From an uncultured Planctomycetota bacterium (GTDB taxonomy: Bacteria > Planctomycetota > Planctomycetia > Isosphaerales > Isosphaeraceae), in the NCBI GenBank assembly GCA_963823665.1, contig CAWGMQ010000011.1:768001-832000 (forward strand): 64,000 bases of DNA, in the 5' to 3' direction. Each line of letters starts with the position of its first letter. Position 1 is the stretch's first letter. The position numbers and the translations under genes were made by a program. Shown here in pieces: positions 10,829 to 22,200 of this stretch. The notes below the pieces were generated by a model. That model was given only the letters and a program-made list of their open reading frames with translations, ran no database searches and was not told the DNA's origin.

Positions 10829-11013
10829 CGATCGCCACACGCCCGAGAGCAATACTCCCGGGGCACTCTCGCTGGGATTCTACCTCGATTCGCGATTATT
10901 GTGGTTTGACTCGGAGACAACGTCGTCTTAATTGGATAGTGCGATTCGGTCCCGCCTATCGCGACGCACCATCGCATCACAACCTGCACGATGGCGGAAT
11001 CCGAAAGTCAGCG

Positions 11014-12320
11014 CAATCGGAGCAAACCCGTGACAACGCCGCGCGACCCCACAATGTCACACAGCTCTCTCGACGCAGTGATCGCCGCATACATGCAAGC
11101 CGTCGAGGCCGGCGAGGTGCCCAATCGGCAGGATTTGATTGAGCAGCACCCCGCGATCGCGGACAAGCTCCGCGCGTTCTTCGCCGACTTCGACCGCATG
11201 GACCGAATCGCCTCCCCGCTCAGAAACGCCGCCGGACTCGACGCCACGAGCGACGTCGACGGAGCCGGCCCCGCCGCCCTGCCCACCGTCCGCTACTTCG
11301 GCGACTATGAATTGCTGGAAGTAATCGCCCGTGGCGGCATGGGCATCGTTTACAAAGCCCGTCAGTCCTCGCTCAACCGGATCGTGGCCCTGAAGATGAT
11401 TCTTCGAGGAACATTCGCCTCGTGCGCGACATCCAGCGCTTCCGCGCCGAGGCCGAATCAGCGGCAAACCTTGATCATCCTCACATCGTGCCGATCTACG
11501 AGGTCGGTGAGCACGACGGCCAGCAATACTTCTCGATGAAGTTCGTGGAAGGCAGTTCGCTGGCGAAGCACCCGCAGACCGACGCGCGGTCCGAGGTCAT
11601 CCGCTTTCTCGAGGTCGTCCGCGCAGTGCACTACGCCCACCAGCATGCCGTCCTGCACCGCGACTTGAAACCGTCAAACGTGCTGGTCGATCCCCAAGGA
11701 ACGCGCTTCGTAACCGATTTCGGCCTGGCGAAGCGACTGACCGACAGCGCCGGCGACCACTCTTTGACCGAGCCCGGCCAGGTCCTCGGCACGCCCAGAT
11801 ACATGGCCCCCGAGCAAGCCGCAGGCAGAAAGGATCTGACCATCGCCGCAGATATCTACAGCCTCGGCGTGATCCTCTACGAGCGGTTGACCGGACAAAC
11901 GCCCTTCGCCGGCGAGAACGCCCTGACGCTCTTGCGCCAGGTTCGCGAGACAGAACCGCCGCGCCCGTCGACGATCCGGCCCGGTCTGGACCGCGACCTG
12001 GAGACGGTCGTGCTTGAAATGCCTCGACAAGGAGCCAGCGCGTCGATATGCGTCGGCGGAGGGGCTGGCAGAAGACTTGTCGAACTGGCTCGCCGGGCGG
12101 CCCATTCATGCGCGCCCGGTGGGCCAGGCGGAACGCGCTTGGCGTTGGTGCAAGCGGAATCCGGCGGTGGCGGGCTTGATCGGGGCAGTGGCGTCGTCGC
12201 TGGTTGCCGGGGTGGTGGTGTCGACGTTCTTCGCTCTGGCGGAGCGCCGAGGGAGAATTCGGGCCGAGTCGGCCGAGGATCGCACGGAACGTACATTCGC
12301 CCAGAGCCTGGTGCGTCCGT
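11014..12320 (+). repeat. Direct repeat copy A of the kinase 5' region; copy B at about 15582-16885
   Basis: Both copies begin CAATCGGAGCAAACCCGTGACAACGCCGC and stay highly similar through the kinase domain. Offset about 4568 bp. Confidence 0.9.
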
Positions 12321-15300
12321 TCGATTTGCGGGGCGGCGAGGCTCTTTCGGAGCCCGAAATCACGGCGGTGTGGGAGCTATCCCGCCACCAGCGTGAGCCG
12401 ATCGCGTTGCGTTTCCTGGATGAGGCGACCCGTGATCCGATTACGGCCGTGCAGCTCCGGACTCGGTCAGAGCCTGCACTGATTGCCGCGATCGGGCTCG
12501 ACCCGGAACGTCGAACCCGCGCTTACTTGTTACTTAATTCCAAGCTGCACGACCCGAAAATCGAGCCATCGATCAAGATCGAGTCGGCGCTGTTGGCGCT
12601 TGAGCTAGAGGATCGTCCCGGTCCCGTGACTGAGGCAGCCGCCGGGGCGATCGCCGCGGTGCTTCGTGGAGGGTTTCCCGAAGAGGAACGAGAGTCCTGG
12701 ACACACCATCTGGTTGATCAGGCTGGTCGAATTGATCCGAGTGCGGCAATCTCGCTGCTCGAACAAGCTCTCGAGGGGGAACGCAGTCGCGCCGCTCGGT
12801 TGGTGATCACGACGAGCCTCACAAGGATCGCGGGGCACATGGAGCCGCACGCAAGAGCACAGTTCCTGTGCGAGCTCCTCGAACGAGAGGCACACGAACC
12901 CGTCACCGACGATCGTGGATCAATCGGCGCGGCCACGACGACAAACGTGCCCGAGTCACCTGTCCAGGTGGCGGCAACCGCGCTTGAGATTGCACTGCGG
13001 AAAATGAAACGGTCGGAGGCCGCGAGCATTTCACGCCGCGCTGGGATGGCTTTGGCATCGGCGCTGGATGGCAAACGCGACGAGCAGCACGTTATGGCGT
13101 GTGCCAAACACTTGGCGACGCTGACGGCGTCGCTGGATCTAGCCGAAGCGTCACGAATCTGCGGCCCGGCCGCGCGGAACGTGGCTTCCCAGCTCTTGCA
13201 AGCGACCGTGTGGTACAACCTTGCAGACGCACTGTTGATACTCGCACCGCGTTTGAATTCATCCGACGCTCGTGGCGTTGCCGTCACCATGCTGGAAAAG
13301 CTGCTGAAAGAACCCCCCCAGAATACCAGCGAGATCATGCCGAAAGCTCTGATCGCACTGTCCGATCGCATCGAGCCGATCGAGGCGAGCCAATTCTATC
13401 TACGTATTGCCGGCGGAATCTCTGAAAACCTCCTGCGAGAATCGAGCACGAGCACCCCCGAGCACTTACGCCTGGCTTTGAACGTGGCGGCCGATCGCAT
13501 CGATCCGACCGAGGCGAGGCGACTCTATTCAAGACTTGCGGAACGCCTTGCACTGACCGTCCAGAAGGGCACCAAGGCCGACGACCGTGACGGGCCGATC
13601 GCTTGGCTCGCGGCAATCGCGAAGCGGGTCGATCCTGCCGAGATGCAACGATCTGGAAACCCGGTGATCCAGATTCTGAAAACCGCCGTCCAGGGCGAAA
13701 AAACTCCCGAGGCGCGGGCAAGCATTGCGTGGGGGTTAGCGCCGCTGTCCGAGCGGCTTGGGCGCGAGAAAGCCGCAGAGATCTGCGAGCCTTTGGCCGA
13801 GAACCTCATCGCCTCGATTGGAACAACTTCCAGTAAGAACGCGAGGGTCGCACTCATCCGAGGAATTTCCGCGCTTACGATTCGACTTGCGCCAGCGCAG
13901 GCCATCGGAGTCGTTCGACTCATCGCGGCTCGAATGGAGGAAAGTGGGGATTGGTTGCTCGATCCAGGTGATAACGGCTCGCTGCCGACGACCTTCTACT
14001 ATCTTTTCAACGAGCTCGACGTATCGGACCGCAAAGGTGCTGCCAAGCTGCTCGTGGCGGCGCTAGCAGACGAGAAGGACACGAGGATTCGTGCGTCGCT
14101 GGGAACGGGACTGTGCTGCATCGCCGTCGGGATGGACCCCGAGGAAGCCGCAAGGGTTTGTGGTCCGGTCGCCGGTGATATGGCAATGGCGCTCGCATCG
14201 AAGCCCGGCTATGTGTTCTATGTCGCGGACGGCTTCGATACGATGGCATCACACCTCGGCTTCGCCGAGGCCTCCCGGGCCGGACGTGTATTTTCCGAGG
14301 CGCTGAAAACCGAGCCGAGGGAATGGATCCGCTTGCGTTTGGCGTCGTCACTCGCAAGACTTGCGAGCCGGATGGAACGCGCCGAGGCGCGACAGACGCA
14401 TCAAGTACTCGCCCGGGTCTTGGTGGACGTGCTGAAAGTGTCGTCTGACGATCTCGATTTCACCGGCACCACTCGCGGGATGTTGTCGTCGTTGGCCAGC
14501 GACACAGAGGCTCTTGACGGCAGCGCATTCTTGACTTTGGCAGTGGATCACGCGACCAGTCGCAGTTCGCCCAAATTCACACCATTTGTCATTGATGGCT
14601 TCATGACGACGGTCGCCCGACTGGTGCGGACGACCGTGCGCGAATTTGCGGTTCGGTTGCCGCGTCTCTGCAGTCCCGAATCCGGCGGGATCAGAGTCCT
14701 GCTTGGCTCGATGAACTGGTTACCGCAATTCTGCGAATTGCGGCCCAGATGAATCGCGCCGAAGCGAAACGGATCTGCGGTGAAGTCGGCAGGCGGTTCC
14801 TTTCTTGGATTGAGCTAGAGTCAGATCCTCTTCGGCGCAAACAGTTCGCGTGGTCACTGGGCACCATCGCCGAAGCCATCGAGCCAGCCGACGCTTCACG
14901 CCTCTGCGACAAGGCCGTTGGCTCACTGATACGCGACCAGATTCAAGAGCCCGATGCTTCCGAGTCAACCTATGACACCGTTGCTCATCTTCTGGCGAGA
15001 CTTGACCCCGCAATGGCGAGGCGGCATGCGGGCGATGTCGCCGTTCTCCTTGTCGGCGAATGGAACCGGGGAGGAGAGTTTTCCGGCACCGGCGGTGTTC
15101 TCGCGACGCAACAGCCAGGTCCACGAGTGAACCGCGATCCCGAGACCCTCAACTCAATCCTGACGGACAACAGTGCGCAACAGATTCTGTTGCGAACGAC
15201 TCAGATCGCCAAAACCGCCGGCGCTGGAATCGAAGGCTCGCTAGCTGTCGCTGCGCGGATATGGACGGAGCCATTGCCTTGCCGGTTGACAACGCAGGAG

Positions 15301-15543
15301 CTGGTGGACCTCCTCAAGATGCCGACATGCATCGGTGAAGCCCGCCGCGTCATACTCGACCACCTTGGCAACCGCTATCATCGCCGGTTCGTCAACCCCT
15401 GGGCGTTCAGTCGCTTCGCGACCGAACAAAAACTGGATATCGATCTCGAAAGTCCGCCGAAGCGTCCCGCGGCACCGATCGTCCCTTACCGGAGTTCGAC
15501 GCGCGGGTGGAACGCCCCTGCAAGTGGTTCCGGCCCGTTCTGA
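11030..15543 (+). CDS. Large membrane Ser/Thr kinase with helical (HEAT-like) repeats, copy 1; frameshifts near 11423, 12014 and 14623
   Basis: ORFs 10991, 11422, 12014 and 14749 join by 1-bp indels when aligned to the intact paralog at 15598. Motifs [30 protein letters not shown], a TM helix and the C-terminal PCRLTTQEL cap. Confidence 0.85.
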
Positions 15544-15597
15544 ATGTAGCGGCTCATTGAGGGCTGATGAGATACACGTTTCAATCGGAGCAAACCC

Positions 15598-18500
15598 GTG
15601 ACAACGCCGCACGACCCGACGATGTCCCATAGCTCACTGGACGCCGTGATCGCAGCGTACATGCAGGCCGTCGAGGCCGGCGAAGTCCCCAACCGCCAGA
15701 GCCTGCTGGACCAGCACCCGGCCATCGCGGAAAAGTTGCACGCATTCTTTGCTGATGTTGACCGCATGGACCGCATCGCCTCGCCGCTCAGAAACGCCGC
15801 CGGTTTGGATGTGACGAGCGACGTCAACGGAAACGGCCCCGCCGCCCTGCCCACCATCCGCTACTTCGGCGACTATGAATTACTAGAAGAAATTGCCCGC
15901 GGCGGCATGGGCATCGTCTACAAAGCCCGCCAGGCATCGCTGAACCGGATCGTGGCGCTGAAAATGATCCTTCGCGGAACATTCGCATCGGCTCGCGACA
16001 TCCAGCGCTTCTGCGCCGAGGCCGAGTCAGCAGCAAACCTTGATCATCCTCACATCGTGCCGATCTACGAAGTCGGCGAGCACGACGGCCAGCAATACTT
16101 CTCGATGAAGTTCGTGGAAGGCACCTCGCTGGCGAAGCATCCGCAGGCCGACGCGCGCTCGGAGGTCACCCGCTTCCTCGAGGTCGTCCGCGCCGTGCAC
16201 TACGCCCACCAGCACGCTGTGCTGCACCGTGACTTGAAGCCATCAAACGTGCTGGTCGATCCACAAGGAACGCGATTCGTCACCGATTTCGGTCTGGCCA
16301 AGCGTCTGACCGAGACCGCCGGCGACCACTCGCTAACGGAGCCCGGCCAGGTCCTCGGCACGCCCAGGTACATGGCCCCCGAGCAAGCCGCAGGCAGAAA
16401 GGATCTGACTGTTGCCGCGGATGTCTACAGCCTCGGCGTCATCCTGTACGAGCGGCTCACCGGGCAAACGCCTTTTGCAGGAGAAAACGCCCTGACGCTC
16501 TTGCGCCAGGTCCGCGAAACCGAGCCCCCGCGGCCGTCAACGATCCGACCGGGCCTGGATCGCGACCTTGAAACCGTCGTGCTCAAGTGCCTGGACAAGG
16601 AACCGGCCCGCAGGTACTCGTCAGCCGAGGCATTGGCTGCCGATCTGGAGAACTGGCTTGCCGGTCGCCCCATCATGGCGCGGCCGGTCGGCCAGACAGA
16701 GCGAGCCTGGCGCTGGTGCAAGCGCAACCCCGCAGTGGCCGGGCTGGCCGCCTCGTTGGCCCTGGCGCTTGTTCTGGGTGCAGTCATCTCGGGCTTCTAC
16801 GCCGTCGCGGAGCGGCGAGGGCGTATCCGGGCCGAAGCCGCCGAGGATCGGACGGAACGCACCTTCGCCCAGAGCCTCGTTCGGCCGCTCGATCCGCTGG
16901 GCGCTGAGAGACATCATGAGACGTTATCGGAGCCGGAGGTAGCGGCTCTGTGGGAACTTTCACAGCTCCAAAGTGAATCGGTTCGTCTCCACTTTTTGGA
17001 AGAGGCAGCACGTGACCCACTGAGGGCGCGCCAGCTCCGGGCTCGATCCGAGCCGGCTCTGATCGCCGCGGTAGGCGTTGATCCCGTCAGACGCGATAGA
17101 GCGGCCCGGCTGCTGAGCGCGGTACTCAATGACACGGGCCTTACACAGCCGAACAGGGCCGACGTATCCCTCGTTGCTCTAGAGCTCGAGGATCAGCCTG
17201 GTCCGTTCACCGACGCCTACGCCAGGACGATTGTAGAGACGCTCGCGGGAAACTCACGCGATTACGATCAGTCCGTGTGCAAAGAGCATTTGCTTAGCGC
17301 CTCGGATCGATTGGATCCGAGCACTGTCGCGCGCGTGCTCGCTCCCGCATTAGAGCGACCGACGTGGGACGAGGCTCGCTCCAGGTTGGTGGAAGTTCTC
17401 TCCTCGTTTGCTAATCGATTGGAACCCGCCGCGGCGAACGCAATGCGTGCCCGGATCGCGCAATCACTCGCCGGTTCCTTTATTCTGGGACAGGCTAACG
17501 AAGTATCTGGCTTCCAAAACTCGAGTCGAGGGCTAGAGGAACAGCTAGCGAGCGTATCAGCGCGGTTAGAACGCACGGAAGCATTGAGAATTGCGCACCT
17601 CCTCGCAGTCGCCCTCTCAGGGCAAACCGATGCGCCTACCAAACGGTCCTTGGTCAAAGCCTTCATGACAGTGGTCGGCCGGCTGGACCCTCGCATTGCC
17701 GTTCAGGTGCTCGAGGAAACACTAACTTCCGAGACGTTGAATTCCTATCCTGAAATTCGGTTCCCTCTCGAGGAGGGGCTGTTATGCGTCGCGGAGCGGT
17801 TGGAGTCGATCGAGGCGAGCCGTATCCAGGCCAAAGTCTCACACAGGCTCTCGATCGCATTCGAGAAGGCAGCAAACGTCGAGGATCGTTCGAGAGCAGC
17901 ATCGAATCTCGCTTCGCTGGCCGATCGTTTGAAACCGAAGGATCCATCGCCGCCCTGGGCACCACCGGCTTTCGTCCCGGTGATCCGCGACTTACTGGCG
18001 ACGATTCAAACGGAAATGGGTCCTGAAGTTCAGGGAAGCTCGGCGTGGAATCTGGCTCCGCTTGCGGAGCGTCTGGGCCATCCCGAAGCCCCGCGCATTT
18101 GTCTTCTCGCAGCCGAGAAGCTAACCGCGACACTGTCGACAGAGACGAACGCGCAAGCTCAGGGTTCCCTCATCCGAGGGCTCGCAGCCCTGACGATTCG
18201 ATTGGCCCCAGCTCAGGCCACTCGAATCACTCGGATGCTTGCCGCTCGCGCACAACGGGAATTGGACGGACACCCGAGCAGAATCTATGGCGAAGGCTCA
18301 GTAGCCTCGGTTTTCTACGACGTCACCGCCTCTCTCACACCAGAAGACGCCGACCGGGCGGCGCGGGTGCTCACCGCGGCTTTAGCCGCGGAGACGGACA
18401 GCAAGGTCCGCCCATGGTTGGTCGCCGGATTATGTTTGGTGGCAACGCGGTTGCACGAAGCCGAGGTCAGCGAAGTCTGTGGCCCCTTCGTAAAGGAGAT

Positions 18501-19572
18501 GGCGGAAGCCCTGGCAACAAAGGACGCTGTCTACAGGGAGCACATCGCGGATGGCTTCATGGCTGTTGCGTCTCGTGTGGATGCGTCGCGAGCAAAGATG
18601 GCCGTGGATGTATTGGCGAACGCGCTCGATCGCGAAACGGTCGCCAGCTACCGCGGAATGTTGGCATCAGCCCTCGCCTCGGTTGCGGGGAGAATGGACC
18701 CGAGCGAAACGTCCGGAAACTGCGATCGAGCCGCGCATGTGCTTATTGCCGAACTCGGAAGATCAAAGGAAACCATTGAACAAGGGAGAATGTGTAAGGC
18801 TCTTGCAGAGGTGTGTGATCGGATGCAGCCCGCCGTGGCGGCCTCGATGCTCATCGCGGCCCTACAACATGTAGGAGACCCGTGGGGCCGAGAGTCCGTT
18901 TTCTCGGGTCTTTCATCAGTCACGCGGAAACTCAAGCCAGCGGACGGGGCTCGTGTGCTCGTTGACGCGTTGCAGCGTGCTCCAGACGACCCTTGGAGCG
19001 GAAAGTTTGTCTCGTCTCTGGCGACCGTGGCGGGTCGAATGGAGTTTGATGAGGCTGACCGTGTTTGCCAGGGTGTGATCCAATTCCTTTTCCAAGCGAG
19101 CCCGGCACAAGTGTTGGGTAGGGCCGACGATATAGCAACTCTGCTATCACATATCGAGCCCGCCAGGGCTCATGCAGCGGCTCGGGAATTGGCCACCCTC
19201 ATCTGCTTGCAGCCGGACATTGACGCAAGCACACTGTCCCGGCTCCTGACTGACATCAGCCGCGCTCAGTTAACCCGTCGAGCAGCAATGACGGCGGCAG
19301 CGACGATCGGGCAAGGAATCGAAGGGCCGTTTGCCGCGATGATTCCTTTATGGTCCGACCCCTTCCCCTGCCGCCTCACCACTCAGGAGCTCATCGAACT
19401 CCTCAAGATTCCCACCTGCTCGGGCCCCGCCCGCCGCGTCGTCCTCGACCACCTCGGCAACCGCTTCGGCCGCCGCTTCGTCAACCACTGGGCCTTCGTC
19501 CGCTACGCCACGGAACAAAAACTCAAACTCGACTTCACCACCCCACCCCGCCGGCCGGAGCCGGTACGCTAA
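15598..19572 (+). CDS. Large membrane Ser/Thr kinase with helical (HEAT-like) repeats, copy 2 (intact, 1324 aa)
   Basis: N-terminal [18 protein letters not shown] helix, full kinase domain, TM ([25 protein letters not shown]), Ala/Leu-rich repeats ([10 protein letters not shown] type) and the C-terminal cap. Confidence 0.92.
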   Translation: MTTPHDPTMSHSSLDAVIAAYMQAVEAGEVPNRQSLLDQHPAIAEKLHAFFADVDRMDRIASPLRNAAGLDVTSDVNGNGPAALPTIRYFGDYELLEEIARGGMGIVYKARQASLNRIVALKMILRGTFASARDIQRFCAEAESAANLDHPHIVPIYEVGEHDGQQYFSMKFVEGTSLAKHPQADARSEVTRFLEVVRAVHYAHQHAVLHRDLKPSNVLVDPQGTRFVTDFGLAKRLTETAGDHSLTEPGQVLGTPRYMAPEQAAGRKDLTVAADVYSLGVILYERLTGQTPFAGENALTLLRQVRETEPPRPSTIRPGLDRDLETVVLKCLDKEPARRYSSAEALAADLENWLAGRPIMARPVGQTERAWRWCKRNPAVAGLAASLALALVLGAVISGFYAVAERRGRIRAEAAEDRTERTFAQSLVRPLDPLGAERHHETLSEPEVAALWELSQLQSESVRLHFLEEAARDPLRARQLRARSEPALIAAVGVDPVRRDRAARLLSAVLNDTGLTQPNRADVSLVALELEDQPGPFTDAYARTIVETLAGNSRDYDQSVCKEHLLSASDRLDPSTVARVLAPALERPTWDEARSRLVEVLSSFANRLEPAAANAMRARIAQSLAGSFILGQANEVSGFQNSSRGLEEQLASVSARLERTEALRIAHLLAVALSGQTDAPTKRSLVKAFMTVVGRLDPRIAVQVLEETLTSETLNSYPEIRFPLEEGLLCVAERLESIEASRIQAKVSHRLSIAFEKAANVEDRSRAASNLASLADRLKPKDPSPPWAPPAFVPVIRDLLATIQTEMGPEVQGSSAWNLAPLAERLGHPEAPRICLLAAEKLTATLSTETNAQAQGSLIRGLAALTIRLAPAQATRITRMLAARAQRELDGHPSRIYGEGSVASVFYDVTASLTPEDADRAARVLTAALAAETDSKVRPWLVAGLCLVATRLHEAEVSEVCGPFVKEMAEALATKDAVYREHIADGFMAVASRVDASRAKMAVDVLANALDRETVASYRGMLASALASVAGRMDPSETSGNCDRAAHVLIAELGRSKETIEQGRMCKALAEVCDRMQPAVAASMLIAALQHVGDPWGRESVFSGLSSVTRKLKPADGARVLVDALQRAPDDPWSGKFVSSLATVAGRMEFDEADRVCQGVIQFLFQASPAQVLGRADDIATLLSHIEPARAHAAARELATLICLQPDIDASTLSRLLTDISRAQLTRRAAMTAAATIGQGIEGPFAAMIPLWSDPFPCRLTTQELIELLKIPTCSGPARRVVLDHLGNRFGRRFVNHWAFVRYATEQKLKLDFTTPPRRPEPVR

Positions 19573-19750
19573 ATCGCGGCGACGAGTCCGGAGATTGCGA
19601 GTTCTTGCGCGGAAGTATAAAAACTCGCCGCGCGAATTTGTGTCCACACTGCAACTCTTGAGCGGTCAGGGGACATTTGACCGCCGAATTCGATATGATA
19701 CCAGGGCGAGTATTTCGTTCGTTTGCCTCGCCGTCGGGGAGACACTACTG

Positions 19751-19975
19751 ATGAGCGCGGTCGTGGAAGCACCAATCGAAATGGTTGAGGCCGTGGCAGT
19801 GCTCAGGCTGCCACCGCGAGGAGACCGCCGGTTGCAAGTCCTGATGGATCGCGATACGAATGGCACATTGACTCTCGAGCAAAAAGAGGAGCTGGAGGCC
19901 TTGGTCGAGCTCAGCGAGACAATTGGGCTGGTGCGCGCGCAAGCACTCCGCGTTCTCGGGCGGAAACCTGGATGA
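19751..19975 (+). CDS. Small helical protein of the type usually found upstream of HNH endonucleases (putative antitoxin)
   Basis: LRLPPRGDRRLQVLMDR...LTLEQKEELEALVELSETIGLVRAQA. Paralog at 43313. Confidence 0.7.
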   Translation: MSAVVEAPIEMVEAVAVLRLPPRGDRRLQVLMDRDTNGTLTLEQKEELEALVELSETIGLVRAQALRVLGRKPG

Positions 19976-20057
19976 ACTCGTTGTGTTGAACGTCAATCAC
20001 TTTCGTCGAGTCTTGATTCGACAAGCGGAACAAGTTTTCGATCGCTTCCCGCCGTGA
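19972..20057 (+). pseudogene. HNH endonuclease remnant (start overlap plus C-terminal stub)
   Basis: ATGA overlap with the upstream stop. Frame 19974-20057 reads ELVVLNVNHFRRVLIRQAEQVFDRFPP*, resembling the LN...R..IRQAE...FPP end of these HNH proteins. Confidence 0.55.
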
Positions 20058-20096
20058 AGTTCTCCAACGCGCGAGAAACGTTCGAGGAGTCATTCG

Positions 20097-20306
20097 ATGA
20101 CTATTAACAGCGAGCGTGAAATCGAACTTACGCGAGAGAAACTCCGTCTCCTCGAGCAGACATACGCGGACGCACAGCGCAATTCGAAATCCTCCGCCCA
20201 CACCCGCGAGTTGACATTGCGCTCGCTACGTGGACTCATCAACCAACTGACGGAAGAAATCGCCCGCCACGAAGCGCGTGCGAAAAATCCAGTTCAGGCT
20301 CCTTGA
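20097..20306 (+). CDS. Small coiled-coil protein, similar to the N-terminal part of HigA-like antitoxins without HTH
   Basis: RBS GAGGAG. MTINSEREIELTREKLRLLE...SLRGLINQLTEEIARHEAR. Confidence 0.65.
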   Translation: MTINSEREIELTREKLRLLEQTYADAQRNSKSSAHTRELTLRSLRGLINQLTEEIARHEARAKNPVQAP

Positions 20307-20554
20307 TCCAGCTCTCGCCGCACATCCTCGGCCGAGAGACTCGCGCCGTTGCGATATTCCTGTCGAGTTCGCTCAATGATGGCATTGAAAGCTGGGTTAA
20401 GACTCAAGGCCATGGACTCGAGATTCGCGTCATCGAATGGAAGGAGCGCGGCGATTGCATGTCCCCCGTCCGTCAGTACGAGAGGCTCCTTCTCTAGCTC
20501 GCGGCCATAATGTTCTAGCGAATTCGTAGCCTGTGTTAGCTCGATGTTCTTCAT
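20294..20554 (-). CDS. Phd/YefM-like orphan antitoxin
   Basis: MKNIELTQATNSLEHY...EPLVLTDGGHAIAALLP...LSLNPAFNAIIERTR...LSAEDVRREL. Confidence 0.7.
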   Translation of the reverse strand: MKNIELTQATNSLEHYGRELEKEPLVLTDGGHAIAALLPFDDANLESMALSLNPAFNAIIERTRQEYRNGASLSAEDVRRELDQGA

Positions 20555-20612
20555 CGATCATGTTCCTCATCACCGATCCACAGGCGTTCCCGGAATTGAC
20601 AGAACCTGATGC
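20551..20612 (-). pseudogene. RelE-like toxin C-terminal remnant
   Basis: VGIRFCQFRERLWIGDEEHDR* ends in an ATGA overlap with the antitoxin start. No N-terminal part before vapC. Confidence 0.4.
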
Positions 20613-20632
20613 CAACCCTCGTGCGAGCGTGC

Positions 20633-21022
20633 CTACCACTCGACCTGAACACCAGGGTATTGGCGGATCAACGGGTCAGGCGTCAACAAAACGAGCCCAC
20701 CCGCGCTCGCCTGGCAAATCAGCGCACGATCAAACGGATCCTTATGCAGCTTCGGAAGGCGATACTCCATCAAGCTACTCGCTTCGTCCAACGAGAGACT
20801 CGCGATGCCATGCCTCTGGCGCTCAGCGGGGACGAACTGGTCAGGAGGGGTCGGCAGTGGCAGCCGACCCAGGGAGTATTTGATGCTGATCTCCCAGGCC
20901 GAGACGACGCTCAAGAACACCTCGTCGGCAGGGTCGAGGAATCGCTGACGAGCGTGCGACGAGAGTAACGGATCGTCCGTCGCGATCCAAAGAAACGTGC
21001 ACGTATCCAGAAGGATCTTCAA
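20633..21022 (-). CDS. vapC: PIN-domain toxin, VapC family
   Basis: ILLDTCTFLW, SVVSAWEISIK, HKDPFDRALICQA, LLTPD. Confidence 0.9.
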   Translation of the reverse strand: MKILLDTCTFLWIATDDPLLSSHARQRFLDPADEVFLSVVSAWEISIKYSLGRLPLPTPPDQFVPAERQRHGIASLSLDEASSLMEYRLPKLHKDPFDRALICQASAGGLVLLTPDPLIRQYPGVQVEW

Positions 21023-21263
21023 GACCCTTCCTCATAGAATGAATCAATCAAATCAGCAGGCAGCGGCTCATAAAAACTCTCGGGAATCTCGAACGCCCCG
21101 CGCGCAATCCGATCGCTCTAGGTGTTTGTACCCGCGCCGCAACCGGCCGCAACTCCGCGATCGGCTCGTTGTCGCGGGTCACCAGAATCGTCTCACCTCG
21201 AGCAACCTGCTCGAGATAATGCGTCAAGTCCGCCTGGATACGAAGTACATCGACCTGCACCAT
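21019..21263 (-). CDS. Phd/YefM antitoxin of the vapC pair; frameshift near 21104
   Basis: LTHYLEQVARGETILVTRDNEPIAELRP. Adding one G gives IGLARGAFEIPESFYEPLPADLIDSFYEEGS*, whose TGA overlaps the vapC TTG start. Confidence 0.82.
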
Positions 21264-21385
21264 CTGAAAACACCCCTTCAGCCCAGCCCGTGGAATCACG
21301 CCGTTCATTATATACTTTCAACAGACACCGACCAACCGCGCCAATACGTTCGCTCGCGCCGGGCGTTTGCTTCGCTACGCCTCCC

Positions 21386-22015
21386 TCAGAAGCCGGCTCT
21401 TTCGTCTTCCGCCTCGATTTCCGTATCAACGATCTCACGCCAGGCATCCAGCACAAAATTCGGCGCGCCCGATTCTCGCAGGCGATCAGTAACCTGGCCC
21501 TTCCAAGATTTCAGTTTCGGGAAGGCCAGCAGCAATCGGTAGATATCAGAGAGTTCCATCATCTCCCGAGCTGTCCCCGGGTGGTTGGTCATGCTTGCCA
21601 CCCTCTGGCAAATCAAATCGGTCGGCTGGGCCACCAAGACTTCCTCGATAACCTGGTGGACCGGAATGCTCTCGATGTTTCTCACAACAACGAGGAGGCG
21701 GTTCTTGGGCTTGCGTACCTGTTCCAATCGATAGGGAATCCCACTCCCTTCGTTGCGAGTCCTGACCTCCATCTGGAACCGCCCACACGGAAGTACACGC
21801 AACTCCTCCGCCAATTCCGCCGCCCGCGGCGACAAGATATCGACACACTGACTCATTCTAGGCTGGTCGATGTACGCGTTGATCGCTTGTGTACCCCAGA
21901 GCACGGCATCGGTCCGCCCGCGCAAGAACTCGAGCACTACGTCGTGGATTATCGCCAGCGGCAATGGCTCGCGCGTCGCGAACTCTCTGAATGTAAGTGA
22001 GCCATCCCCGAACAT
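21386..22015 (-). CDS. Nucleotidyltransferase-fold (AbiEii-like) protein
   Basis: VLWGTQAINAYIDQPRMSQCVDILS matches the GxxAxNxY..pRxTxDxD pattern, followed by a helical C-terminus (ELSDIYRLLLAFP). Confidence 0.65.
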   Translation of the reverse strand: MFGDGSLTFREFATREPLPLAIIHDVVLEFLRGRTDAVLWGTQAINAYIDQPRMSQCVDILSPRAAELAEELRVLPCGRFQMEVRTRNEGSGIPYRLEQVRKPKNRLLVVVRNIESIPVHQVIEEVLVAQPTDLICQRVASMTNHPGTAREMMELSDIYRLLLAFPKLKSWKGQVTDRLRESGAPNFVLDAWREIVDTEIEAEDERAGF

Positions 22016-22200
22016 AGACTGTTCTCCTTGATGACAAATCGTATCCCGGCTCCGCGACGAAGACCAGCCGAGCCCATGACCACACAGCCTCGCCCTGAGG
22101 CCCGCCGTGGCATCCACGGCCTTCCGCGGTTAGAATTCCTTTGAATCAAACGAGCCGTATCGCCGCGCTCGTTCTCTCGTGCACCGCAGAGGCTCACTCC

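Noticed and set aside
11014..16885. Kinase repeats as a diversity-generating retroelement TR/VR pair
   Set aside because: No reverse transcriptase, and the differences are mostly synonymous rather than adenine-specific.
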